A DNA stretch of 64,000 bases from assembly GCA_043228905.1 (NCBI GenBank), contig JBHGNT010000022.1, positions 9,982,001 through 10,046,000 on the forward strand, written 5' to 3'. The position numbers and the translations under genes are program-made. The DNA is from Azolla caroliniana. Taxonomy: Eukaryota > Plantae > Polypodiophyta. The notes beneath the pieces are model-generated. The model saw only the letters and a program-made list of their open reading frames with translations, did not search any database and was not told where the DNA came from. The stretch's first letter is position 1. Every line of letters starts with the position of its first letter. Positions 49,026 to 61,200 of this stretch are shown here, piece after piece.

Positions 49026-50255
49026 AAAGAGATAGAGAGAAATGTTCGTTCATTCATTCATTCATTCCCCATAAAGGGGTTAAATAATACAAGAGGGGGT
49101 AGATACAAAGGGGTGTAAGCCCCCTAGAGCATTCATATTGGACACTCACTCACATCTCATCGTATCCCTCCACATGCACACACGTGTGCATGTGTTCACA
49201 TACATATCGACTCACAATTACATTTATGTTCCCTACACATATACAACATCATCATGATAATATTCGACCCTCACTCATCACACTTGACTCTCCGTACAGC
49301 TCGTACGGGGTAACACAATAATCCCCTAATAAATGTGTACTACCTAGTATTTACATCAGCCGACCTAGTTATGAATCATGTATAAAATATCAGTTCTCGC
49401 GTCCACCGATGTAGAAGCCGGTTCATGCGCCTTTTTCTCCGATTCCGCCTATGGCCGGTTTTCTTCACAATAGCGTGTGTACGGACGAGCATGCGGATGC
49501 GTACACGGCGCAGTCGGGACGCGTGCGTGCGTGGATGCGTACACTGCACGGTCAGGACTTTTGCGCGCGGACGCGTCTACGGTTTGGTTGCGACGCACAT
49601 ACGGATTGCGCACGGGCTAAACTTTATGGATCATTGGATCATTTGGCCGAATTATATGGACGGTCACATGCAACTAAAAGCCAAGACCATGCAAGTAAAA
49701 CTAAAAGGCATTCAACTAAAAATGGAAGCATGCAACTAAAAGTAGAGGCCATGCAACTAAAAATAGAGGCCATGCAACTAAAAGTGGGCATGCAAAGTAA
49801 CATTGGGAAGGGGGATCAACAAATAGCTCGATATATGTTCCATTTTTTCCCTCTATTTTTTTTCTTTTTTGCTTCTCTCTCCCATTCCTTGGGAAAGAAA
49901 TCTCTCTCATATTGATATCAAACCACTCCTTACATGGTTGTTGACTCCTTCCTTTCAAGAATAATCTCTCTTATTGATATCGGACCACTCCTTACAAGGT
50001 TGTTGGCTCCTTTCTTTTTTAAGAATGATCTATCAGTTTCATCTCCAACCCATTGTAACAAGATTCTTGAATTATAAAAGAATCTATTTTCTTATGCAAT
50101 AAACTAACATTTTCTCTCATCTAGTCGTTCTTATATGTGAATTGCTTGTGTTGGACGTGTTGCACTAAATCCTTCCAGTCCAGAACCCCGATGGTTCCGC
50201 CTCACAATCCACACATAGTGACGGATTTTCACGACACCGTGTTGGCCGTGAAAAT

Positions 50256-51010
50256 TGTCAAGAGCTGCACGCTCCTTATACGCAACGCTCGGCCACAACC
50301 GAGCTTAGAATCATACACAGAAAACGGGAAATAGATGCACGACACAGAAAAGAGAAGAGTACACAGGATGTTTACGTGGAAAACCCAAACTAGGGAAAAA
50401 ACCACGGCAGCCCACAGGCTGCAAACTATCACTATGTTAGAATGTACAACAGTGAGTTCACGGAGGCAACGACCTCGTGCTCACGATCTTCGCCACAGGC
50501 GGCGGTTACAATCAGAGGCAACGACCTCTTCCTCTCTCTCTCACTCTCTGTACACTGTTATGCACACTCTCTTCTTACACCAACAAGAAAATGACAACAA
50601 CACTAAAAGTTTGCCCTAAGTCATATTTATACTAATATGACTTTTCGGCTATTTACAAATATAGCCATGATGGACTCTCAGAAACATATTTACGAATATG
50701 TCTCTTCATCCGGTGAACACTCCTCACCGGGTCTGCACCATCCGGCTCTCCGTAGCCGGGTACTCCTCATCCGGTTCTCACTAGGTCTGCACCATCCGGC
50801 TCTCCGTAGCCGGGTACTCCTCATCCGGTTCTCACCGGGTCTGCAACATCCGGTTCTCCGTAGCGAGGTACTCCTCATCCGGTTCTCACCGGGTCTGCAA
50901 CATCCGGTTCTCCGTAGCCGGGTACTCCTCATCCGGTTTCGGCCAAGGCCGAGTTTGTTCATCAGCACTGTTCTTCTCCCTTCCCATCCGGAGGGACCTG
51001 TCTCCCAACA
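50256..51010 (-). mobile_element. Copia solo LTR (755 bp) related to the LTRs of J, with four 54-bp internal tandem repeats
   Basis: TGTCAAG...CCCAACA ends, 5-bp TSD AAAAT (50251-50255, 51011-51015). Shares acgtggaaaaccc and gccctaagtcatatttat...atatgacttt with J LTRs. Repeats at ~50723-50940. Confidence 0.9.
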
Positions 51011-51270
51011 AAAATCTCCTTGAGGTTGCCCCAAGCTTCTTTTGGCCTTTTTGCCTCTTGAATATAGCCAAGCATGTGATCATGAACGCATGATGCAAGG
51101 CAATACAACACATGGTTTGTTGCTTACTCCCATGCTCGGTAGTTGGCGTGTGTTGGGTTGGGTTGCATTTCTTGAACTCCCTCGATATAACTCCAATATC
51201 CTTGACTGACAATGTATTGATGCATCTTGTATTACCAAGATACGAATTTTGTCCTATCTAGTTTCTTTGT
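51011..51270 (-). pseudogene. gag N-terminus of Copia H
   Basis: PTKKLDRTKFVSW*YKMHQYIVSQGYWSYIEG...VLYCLASCVHDHMLGYIQEAKRPKEAWGNLKEIF, continuing through 50241-50250 into 11900. Confidence 0.85.
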
Positions 51271-51282
51271 AGGAAATACGAT

Positions 51283-52768
51283 GTAGGAGTAGCCAACCAA
51301 GATACACTTCTCCGCCTTAGCATCCTGCTTTTTCCGCTTCTCATCTGGCACATGCACATATGCAATGGTAACGAATACCCAAAGGTGCGCCAAATTAGGC
51401 TTCCACTCGAAGTACAATTCGTGTGGCGACAGCTTTGTTCCAGAGGTAGATATTCGATTCTGGATGTAGGCGGTTGTCTAATTTGCTTCGGCCCAATAGA
51501 TCCGGGGCATGCTCTTCTCCTCCAACATTGTCTTTGCCACTTCTACCAACGTCCGGTTCCATCATTCGGCCATGCCGTTCTGCCCTGGTGTGTATCTACA
51601 AGAGAATTCTTGACGGATTCCCATCATCTGTAGATAGCTTGTGAACTGGCTGGAAAATTGCTCTTTACCGCCATCTGATCTCCGACACTTGATCTTTCTT
51701 CCGGTTTCTTGTTCAACATGACTCTTTAGGTCCTAGAAGCACAAGAAGACATCTCTCTTCTTCTCGATTAAATAGATCCAAGTGTATCGGCTGAAGTCAT
51801 CGATGAAGGAGACAAAATATTGATTCCTGCCAATGCTCACATTTTGTGTCAGTCCCCACACATCCGAATGGATAAGATCTAGCTGATTCCAGCTCTGACT
51901 CTTCTCATTTGGGAACGGAAGCCTATGTTGCTTCCTGAGCTGGCAAGCTTTACGAATCTGACCCTTCTGGCCACTAAAGTCCGGCAATCTGGAAACCACA
52001 TGTTTCGAGTGCATCTCCTGAAGCTTCTGGTAGTTGATGTGGTCAATTTTCTTATGCCATAGGTCGATGTCTCACTCAACCCTCTGTCGTTTGCAAACAT
52101 CGCGATGCCCACATCATTGGTTTCGAGGATGAACATTCTTCCATCCCAACGTCCTTGCGCTATGATCTGGCCTTCCTCCTCAATGAAGCACCCATGATGA
52201 GTGAACCGGACATGCATTCCTTGATCCATGATCTGGCCGACTGACACCAAGTTCTTGGTGATTTTCGGAACATGTTGGATGTTCCTCATAATTCCTCTCT
52301 GACCAACATGCCTCAGAGGGACATCTCTGATATGCTCGGTGGGATGTAGGTGTCATCTCTGGTTTCAACCACCCCCGGCTTCTCCGGCTTCTCAAGAAAG
52401 GAGAACCACTCTTTGTGGTTCGTCATGTGATTAGAAGCTTCGGATTCCACATACCACACCTTTTCTAACCTTGAAGTGGATACTCCCATCTGGTTGGCCT
52501 GATACTTCATTATGAGGGCCGATCCTGATCCAACTCTCTTTGAGCCTTTGGTGAAGTGCAATCGATGACGTCTATCTGCATCTCTTCGGCTCGATCCAGC
52601 TTTGTTCGAATCGGCCCTTTTTTTCTAGGAGTCGCTTTCTCTGTGGCCCTTTCGGCCTCGGTACCAATAGTCTGTTGCGGCCTTCCCTTGTCTGCGCCCG
52701 GCGCCGCCTTGACTCCCCTTGCTTGTGGAGGGTCCGATACTGCTGTCAGCGTTCTAGTAGTGTACAAT
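51283..52768 (-). mobile_element. Second degenerate Copia fragment K (gag C-terminus, PR, GAG-pre-integrase, IN); its LTR remnant is at ~53758-54041
   Basis: VWYVESEASNHMT, ITKNLVSVGQI, LIHSDVWG, FIDDFSRYTW, DAKAEKCILVGYS. 53758-54041 resembles the E and I LTRs. Confidence 0.85.
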
Positions 52769-52769
52769 A

Positions 52770-53757
52770 CGTGGTATACTCGATAAAGGAAGTGACTTTA
52801 CACTAATCCTAATTTTATTTCCACCGAAGCCTCTCGAAAAGAAATGGGGGGTCAAAGGGTTTTGATGTGGGTGTGACCCGTGGTTCCAATGTAGAGAGTG
52901 CCCTAGCCATGGCTTCTAGGCGGTGTACCTCACGTTCCCTTATTTTCATTATTGCGTCCACACCAGGTCGAGTTGCTTTGAAACCCGGCACCCGAAGACG
53001 TCTGGTTCTTCTTTGGTTTTCTGCCTCATCAAGGGAAAGGCCGAGTGGTGCAAGTGTGTCGACATTTGTTGGCTCCCTTTGTTCCTGAAAAACTTCATTT
53101 GTTACATGTTGGTGAACATTAGCAACATTATTGTCAACATTTTGTAACTTATTCTCTCTGTGTTGTTTTAGCTCTAGAATGTATTTGCCTAATTTCTTTA
53201 TATCTCGAGTATTTAATAGTTTGGGGAGGGTGGGAGAGGAACCAAGTATGTCTTGGTATTTTGCCCTTATCTTGGCGTAGATTGGGCACTTGCATGTAAA
53301 TTGATACTCATCCTCTATCTCTATGTGACATAACCTACATATCCTTCCCTCCCTAGGGACTCCATTAGTACGGCCATTCTCAATCTCAAGTTGGTGAGAT
53401 GATATTCTAAGTTGTCCAATGGCAACCCTTAGTGCATGTGGTAAGAATACATCTAGATATTTTGGCCGCGTGATAAAACCTAACTCAGAGAAGTGCATGA
53501 AGTGTTCCTTATAGTACAACATTTTAGATGGGAGTGGCTCTCGTGGGGTGATCCATTGATACCGAGTGTAAATTTGCCATATGTCTTGGCGTATTACTTT
53601 ATTGCGGTCCTCATGAGAGATTAAAGTGTTATCAATCGTGTGGTTGTACCTAAGGGGAGGTAGGTTATTAATGTCTAGACCATTCACAAGAAGTCAACTC
53701 ACCATCATGCCATACCATGAGCTAGTATAGCCTGACTCATACAATGATCGAGAGGCC
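52770..53757 (-). mobile_element. 5'-truncated LINE fragment (ORF2 C-terminal zinc-finger region, RTE-X-like)
   Basis: ORF 52815-53687 contains LRISSHQLEIENGR...RICRLC..EIEDEYQFTCKCPIY..IR, the typical non-LTR ORF2 C-terminal CCHC module. AT-rich and compositionally distinct from its flanks. Confidence 0.75.
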
Positions 53758-54041
53758 TTAAAGGACCTACAAAAGTACTAACAAGTACTTCAATGCTCGT
53801 ACCGAGCGACTGACACTAACCCCTAAAAATATGCCTATGTACTAGGCTAGGATCATAGACCTCTAACGGCCTACCAGTTACACTGATCCGTATTACAATC
53901 CGGCTCTCCGATCCAGCTCTTAGTTCCGGATGCCGATCCGGCTCTTCCTTCCGGACACCGATCCGGTTCCTTGTTCCAGATACTGATCCTGCTCTGGCTT
54001 ACTTAGCCGATCCGGATCATGTTGAGCTTATCCACTCAATA

Positions 54042-56830
54042 GGACTTATGGAAAGGTTACCCCATTTCAGATGCCATTTTGGGAATCGGTTACACATTTA
54101 CAAAATGCTCAAATGACCATTCAAGCTTGGGAGGCAGCCCAAGAGGGAGGATAATGTTTGACCTAAATATTAGGTTACATCCTTATGAGATACATTTATG
54201 CTAGGAAGTTGTATCCGGAACACCATATGTGTGATATCCTTGTATGAAATTCAACTTGATGCATTGTATGTTGAACACTAGAACTTTCTTGAAACTTTGA
54301 TAGAATGCATCCTCATGCATTCTCTAGAATATTCCTAGCTTTCACGTATACCTCCACCTTCTTGTATAAATACTTGTCTGTACCTTGATTCCAATCATGG
54401 TGAACAACACGAATTACAAAAACATAAGTTGAGTTCCGATTATCTTCCACTTGCCTCATCTCTCTTAGTATTTAGTCTATTGTCTTGGTTCTACTCTATT
54501 CTACCCATTGGTGACAGATTAGAGCCCACATATTTAATAATCGTAGCAAAACTCTCTACAATTAATCATATAATTTAGTTTTTGTAAATGCTCCAACACT
54601 AATGGAAATAGATGCAATACTTCATTGCATACCATTGTCAAAAGAGTTTAAAGCAATGATGTCGAGCAACACACTTATGTTTATATTGTAGTTGTTCACG
54701 GCATATTGTAGTAAATTGTCCCCATAGGCCAAGACATCGAGTAAACCAAGTTTCTACTATTGATAAACGTAAGTCTATTTCAATAAGGTTATCTAACAAG
54801 ATGAGTGCTCCAAGCTTATGAAATAAATTAGAAGTTCTAAGTCAACTAAATGATGGGTAAAACCATTAAGTTTAGCCAAAATAGAAATTGTTTGGTTGGA
54901 CAATCCTAGATCTTTGAAATCCATCAATGTTTCCATTTCTTCTATAACCATCAAGTGCATGTTCCATCACTCCTATGATTATCTCATTGACTTACAACTA
55001 GGAAAGGTGCCACTATGGGAACCAATCTACAATTTTTCACCAACCAACCTTCAGGGTCTTTGAACATAAATTGAGGAAAATTTGTCAAATGGATTCATTT
55101 GACATTCAAAATCTCCAACTGGTGTACCCATTTTCTTTATTAAGAACAAAGACGTTTCACTTCGTCTAGTGGTGGATTACTAGGGTTTGAATAAAGTTAC
55201 TATCACGAATGGGTATGCACTACCCTTGATCTGTCGTCTGTTAGAATAGATTAGTGGGAACAATTTACAAAGATTAGTTTACAAGGTGCATATAACCTTG
55301 TATGGATTTTGGAAAGAGACAAGTGGAAGACAACTTTTAACACTCGATATGGTCAATTTAAGTATACAAGCATGCCCTTTGATCTCACAAATGCAACAAC
55401 AGTTTCTCAACATAAGGCTTTCGAGATCTCTTGGAGATCTTCCTAATTATCTATTTGGATGATCTATTGATTTATTCCAAAACACAAGAGGAGCATGATT
55501 CTCATGTTTTTCAAGTACTAAAATGAATATGGAAATAGACACATTGTATGGAAAACTAGAGAAGTGGAGTTTTGATTCAAAATAGGTGGAGTTCTTAGGC
55601 CACATTATCTCCGTTGAAGGAATTTCTATGGATCAACTAAAGTCCAAATGTTGTTGGATTGGCAAACTCCACGATCTATGCGAGAAATGCAATGTTTTCT
55701 AGTATTTGCAAATTTCTATCACAAATTAATACAAGATTACTTAAAGCTTAGTCTACCACTTATACAACTCATAAAGAAAAATCAATCATTTGTTTGGACT
55801 ACTAATGTAAAGAAGGTTTTAGTGGATCTCAAGAAGACATTTACATCTGCTCCTACACTAGCTCTTGTTGTTCTACAAAAACCATTTATTTTTGAAGCAA
55901 ATGCATAAGATTTTACACTTGGTAGCATTTTGTCACGACAAGGTGATGATGCAAAGCTACATCCAATGGCTTTCCACTCGCATAAATTTGATACTGACAA
56001 GGAGTTATTAGCTATAGTTGATTCCTTTGAAGAATGCGACATTTTTTGGAGGACTCTCCTTATAAAATAAATATATTAAATGAGCCCAAAAATCTCACCT
56101 ACTTCTAGAGTGCTTGTGTGATAAATAGAAGACAAGCTCGATCGGCACGATTTCTTACTCATTGTAATTTCAAGATAACTTTTGTTCTAAGCAAGCAACA
56201 AGGGAAATAAGATGCATTATCACCACGCCGTCTTAGTGATCCATCATTCGATAATCAAAAATAGGTAATCATATATCTTGTACAGCTTAAAGAAACCATC
56301 ATCTTTGATACTCCACTAGATTCAACCATTATTGATAATATTCGGACTCATGATCTTAGATCATATTGATCCAAATAATACATCTCGCTCTCAGTCACAA
56401 CATTCAAATATGGATTATAAGCAATTCAAGTGCATGATGGATTACTTTTCTACAAAAATCATCTTTATGTTCTTGAAAATCTATCTTTAGAATTTATTAC
56501 AAATCTTCCACATTCAAAGGGGTTTGACGTTATCTTGACATTACTTAATCAATATACTCAAATGGTACATTTCTTGCCATGCAATAAAGCTATCACGAGT
56601 GAGGAAATAGCAAATCTAGTCATGCGTGAAGTATTTTGTGACCAAGGTCTTCCAAACAACATCATAAGTGATAATGAACCACAATTTACATTTGAAATTT
56701 GGAACCATCTCCTTGCCATGCTCAAAGTCTTTTGCAAACTCTCCTGAAGACATTTGCCACAAACTTATGGTCAAACAAGGCATGCAAATCAAACACTAGA
56801 GTAGTATCTTCGATGCTCAATTAGTTAGAT
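54042..56830 (+). mobile_element. Highly degraded Gypsy (Tcn1-like) relic: probable LTR remnant to ~54515, then gag-pol fragments
   Basis: Remnants of RT (atctatttggatgat = YLDD at ~55450), RH (FTSAPTLA...PFIFEANA) and IN (LEFITNLP...IISDNEPQF), similar to F. Confidence 0.8.
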
Positions 56831-58266
56831 TGACTACGGTAGGTTCATGTAAAACTTTCGAATCCTCTATAGGAGGTTCAAGTAACACACAAATACAATG
56901 CAAATCCACATCGACTTCCATCCATTTTTTGTTGAGCGGACAAGCTCAACCGGATCCGGATCAACTAAGTAAGCTAGAGCCGGATCGGTATCCGGAACGG
57001 AGAACCGGATAGGTATCCGGATCGGTATCTGGAACCAAGAGCCGGATCGGAGAGACGGATCAGATTGTAACCGGTAGGCTGTTAGAGGTCTACGAGTCTA
57101 GCCTAGTACGTAGGCATATTCCTTGGAGTTAGTGTTTGTCGCTCGTATGAGCATTGAAGTACATGTTAGTACTTTTGTCAGCCCTTTTAAGGACTTGTAT
57201 AAACGTGCTCACTGAGCACATAGTGTTATTATTTTGAATTGGGTTTATGTTGTTCTGCTCTCTCTGTCTCTCTAGCTCTCTATCTATGTGATTCAAGCTT
57301 CCATTAAACATGTGTGTATTTTTTGTTGTTATCCGGATAAATCGGTTTGTCCAAGCTTCCACATATTAACTTTGACATGGTATCAAAGCGCGAGGGTTGA
57401 GAATCCTCTGCTGTCAACGAATGACACTCACATACAAACCCTAACAACCGGTAAGAAAAGAAAAGAAAGATATGGATAGAAGCATGGCAAGCTCGCTTCC
57501 TACAGAAAATCTTGACCGGAGCAACTATGCCTCCTAGTTGTATAAAATGCACAAGTACTTGCTTGGACACGGATACTCGAGCTACGTAGAAGGAGAAAAT
57601 GGAGTAGTGGCGGATTCGGCACACAAGGACTTCCCGACATGGGAACAAGGAGCGAGCAGACTGTTGTATTGCCTCGTGTCTTGTGTGCACGGGACATGTC
57701 TGTCACTGAGTACACCACCAAGATAAAGGAGATCTGTGATGCGCTCGGTTCCATCAACGTGACGGCGGATGAAGACGAGACGGTCCATGTCTGCCTCGGT
57801 GGTTTAGCACAATGGTACGAGCTTATCGGGATAGAAATTTGCATCCGAGAGAAGCCATCGTCCTTCTTTGACCTACAATCGATGTTGATGGTCGAAACCA
57901 CGTGAGTGGGTCGAGGACCACTCAATTGGACAGCCGGATGTTGTACACAGAGGCGGATTGGCCCCATGGGCATGGAGGACGAGTGAACCGGAGGCACAGA
58001 GATAATGTCGATAGCAGTTACGGACCCTCCACAAGCAGGGGGAATCAAGGTGGCGCTAGAAGCCAACAATCAAAAGAAAAACATGAAATGCTGGTATTAT
58101 GCCAAAGAAAGGCCATCGGGAAAGCTAGTAAGGTCGGACAAGGGAACCCACAAAGCTCGCAGTACGTTGAAGGATCTAGGACCGAAAAGACCGGAAAAGG
58201 GTCAGCCTTTGTGATGAAGCACAAGGCAAACTCGATGAAGAAGACCACTTCCAGATCGGAGGAAGT

Positions 58267-61200
58267 TGTTGATGAAACCGTGCTCGGCCACGACCGAGAC
58301 AACACGGATCAATGCAGCAGAAAATAGGAAATCACAGAGAGAAACACGATAACACGGGGATTAACGTGGAAAACCCTAAACGGGAAAAAACCACGGGAGT
58401 ACAAGACTCCGAACCACCACTATACACAAAGAAGTATACACTGGCGAGCTGCAAGGCGACGACCTTGAGCTCGCTATCCTCGCCACAGGCGGCGGTATTA
58501 CACAGAGACGTCGACCTCTCCCTCTCTCTCTCTCTCTCTCTCGGCTGCTCTCTTCACTCTCTCAAAAGGGTGGGAAACAAAAAATGAGCAACAACATAAA
58601 CTGTTTGCCCTAAGTCATATTTATACACATATGACTTTCGGGCTATTTACAAATATAGCCCCAAGGGCTCTTGGCAAAACATATTCACAAATATGTCCCC
58701 GCATCCGGATCTCTCTCCGGGTACATTAGTCATCCGGCTCCGTAACCGGGGTCTTCATCATCCGGATCCGTATCCGGGTACTCTTCATCCGTCTTCATGC
58801 CGGGTCATCATCCGGTTCCGTAACCGTAACCGGGCTTGCCGTCATTCGTCTCCGGACATCCCATCCGGAGTGACCGATATCCCAACAAACTCCCCCTTCA
58901 CTTCGGCATGGGATGTCTCTCCAATCCGATCCTCTTCCGGCATGCTTCCAGCTTGTCGGGTGTGAGCACTTTGGTCAGCATATCTGAGCCGTTCTCGTCC
59001 GTGTGGATCTTCGTCAGCACGAACTCCTGGTCTTCTATCTTTTCCCGGATCCAGTGGTATCTACGCTGGATGTGCTTCGTCCGGGAATGGTAGGCAGCGT
59101 TCTTTGCAAGGTGGATGGCACTCTGACTGTCGCAGTAGAGTCGGTACTCCTCCTGCCGGATACCGAGCTCTCTAATGAAGTCCTTCATCCATATTATTTC
59201 CTTGCCGGCTTCAGCAGCCGCCATGTACTCCGCCTCCGTGGTTGACAACGCAACCGTCTTCTGCAGCCTTGACTGCCACGAAACGGCTCCCCCTGCATAC
59301 GTCATCACATACCCTGATGTGGACCGGCTGGTATCTTCATCAGCCGACATATCCGAATCGGTGAAGCCGTCGAGTTCGGGCTTACCGGAGCCGAATCGGA
59401 GGCACACGTTCGTCGTGCCCTTCAGGTATCGGAGTATCCACTTGGCCGCGTTCCAATGTTCTTTGCCGGGATTGCTCATGTACCGGCTTACCACTCCGAC
59501 TGCATATCCGATGTCCGGTCTCGTACACACCATGGCGTACATCAAGCTCCCGACGGCTGAGGCATACGGCACTTTCATCATATCCTCCTTTTCAGCCTTT
59601 GTCTTGGGACTTTGCTTGCTGGACAGCTTGCAGTTTGCCGGGAGGGTTGACCCGACCGGTCTTGCTTCCGACATGTTGAACCGGTGAAGCACCTTTGTCA
59701 CGTACTTCTCCTGTGACAGCCACAACTGCTTCTTCTTCCGGTCCCGGATGATGTGCATCCCTAGTATTTGCCTCGCCGGACCCAGGTCCTTCATTGAGAA
59801 GGTTCGGTGAAGAGCCTTCTTCAGCATCCGTATCTTGACCTGGTCCCGACCGACGATCAACATGTCGTCCACGTATAGGAGGAGTATTAGAAAGTCTCCT
59901 CCTTCGAACTTCTTCACAAACACGCAGTGATCGGACTGCGTTTTGTGGTACCCTTCGTCGGTCATGAAGGAGTCGAACTTCCGGTACCATTGCCGGGGAG
60001 CCTGCTTCAGTCCGTAAAGGCTCTTCTTCAACCGGCATACCAGGTGCTCCTTTCCTTTCTTCTCGAATCCTTCAGGTTGTTGCATGTAGATCTCTTCATC
60101 GAGGTCACCGTGAAGGAATGCCGTCTTCACGTCCATCTGTTCTACCTCGAGGTCCATGCTTGCCGCTATGCTCAGCACCGTCCGGATGGAGGTCATCTTC
60201 ACTACCGGGGCAAATATCTCGTCGAAGTCGACGCCCTTCTTCTGCTGAAACCCCTTCACCACGATCCTGGCTTTGTATCTCGGGGGGTTTCCGGCATCTC
60301 CCGGTTTCAGCTTGAACACCCACTTGTTACGGAGTGCCTGTTTTCCTTTCGGCAACTCCACAAGTTCATATGTGTGGTTCTCATGCAGGGAGTCCATCTC
60401 CTCCTGCATGGCACTTAACCACCTGCGGCTATGGGTGTCATGCTTCGCTTCTTCAAAGCTCTCCGGCTCCCCCTCGTCGGTTAGCAGCACGTGCTCTGGT
60501 TCCGGAAATCTCCGGGGGGCCCTTCTCTCTCTTAAAGGATATCTCCGTTCCGGAACTTCGGTAACCGGTTCTTCCGATTCTTCTTCTTCATCCGAATCCA
60601 TTTCGGGATCGGGAACGGTTCCGGTATCATTTTCATCTTCCTCGGCCGGTTCTCTTTCTTCACCGTCTTCGGCCGGATCTTCGAGTGTTAACCGGTCCCT
60701 TGCCGGTCGGGACTGCTCCTCGTAGAGTTGATCCTCACCGGTCGACTTGGAGCTCTTCATCTTCTTCTCCGACTCCCAGTCGGCGAGTGTCTTGTCCTCC
60801 ATGAAGATGATGTCTCGGCTCCTGAATATCTTCTTGTCGACCGGGTCCCATACTCGGTAGCCGAACTCGTCGTCGCCGTAACCGAGGAATATGCATGGCC
60901 GGGTCTTTGGATCTAGCTTTCCTCTCCGGTCCTTTGCCACATGCACGTATGCGAGACACCCGAACACCTTCAGATGCCGGTAGGACACTTCCTTACCGGT
61001 CCACACTTTCTGCGGCGTGTCTCCGTCCAAAGGTACTGAGGGTGATCTATTTATCACATACGTCGCCGTCGACATTGCCTCAGCCCAAAACCCCTTGGGT
61101 AATTTCGCATGCGCCAGCATACTCCGGACCCTCTCCATTATGGTCCGGTTCATCCTCTCGGCCAGCCCGTTCAGTTCCGGCGTCTTCGGCACAGTAAACT

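Larger units (their letters stand above)
22471..49472 (-). mobile_element. Element C: degenerate autonomous-type Gypsy of the tRNA-Trp group, inserted in the 3' LTR of X
   Basis: 3' LTR ~22471-22989 (left ~100 bp deleted), PPT 22990-23005, PBS 28684-28701. The 5' LTR is split into 28706-28986 and ~49321-49472, followed by GCGT where LTR X resumes. Confidence 0.85.
11901..50236 (+). mobile_element. Element X: gag-only (non-autonomous) LTR element of the tRNA-Trp Gypsy group, carrying the nested insertions
   Basis: TGTCGTG at 11901 and CACGACA at 50236 are flanked by a 4-bp TSD CCGT (11897-11900, 50237-50240). Removing the block restores the host gag in frame (EIFTANTVARKLQL). 5' LTR = 11901-12240 + 12958-13186 + 20464-21243; surviving 3' LTR part = 49473-50236. 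Confidence 0.85.

Noticed and set aside
48474-49320. Possible additional LTR or telomere-like ttagggttaggg tract
   Set aside because: Only two to three repeat units, and no second terminus or TSD can be defined next to the gap.
50637-51034. ORFs with 18-aa repeats
   Set aside because: They are translations of the 54-bp tandem repeat inside a solo LTR.
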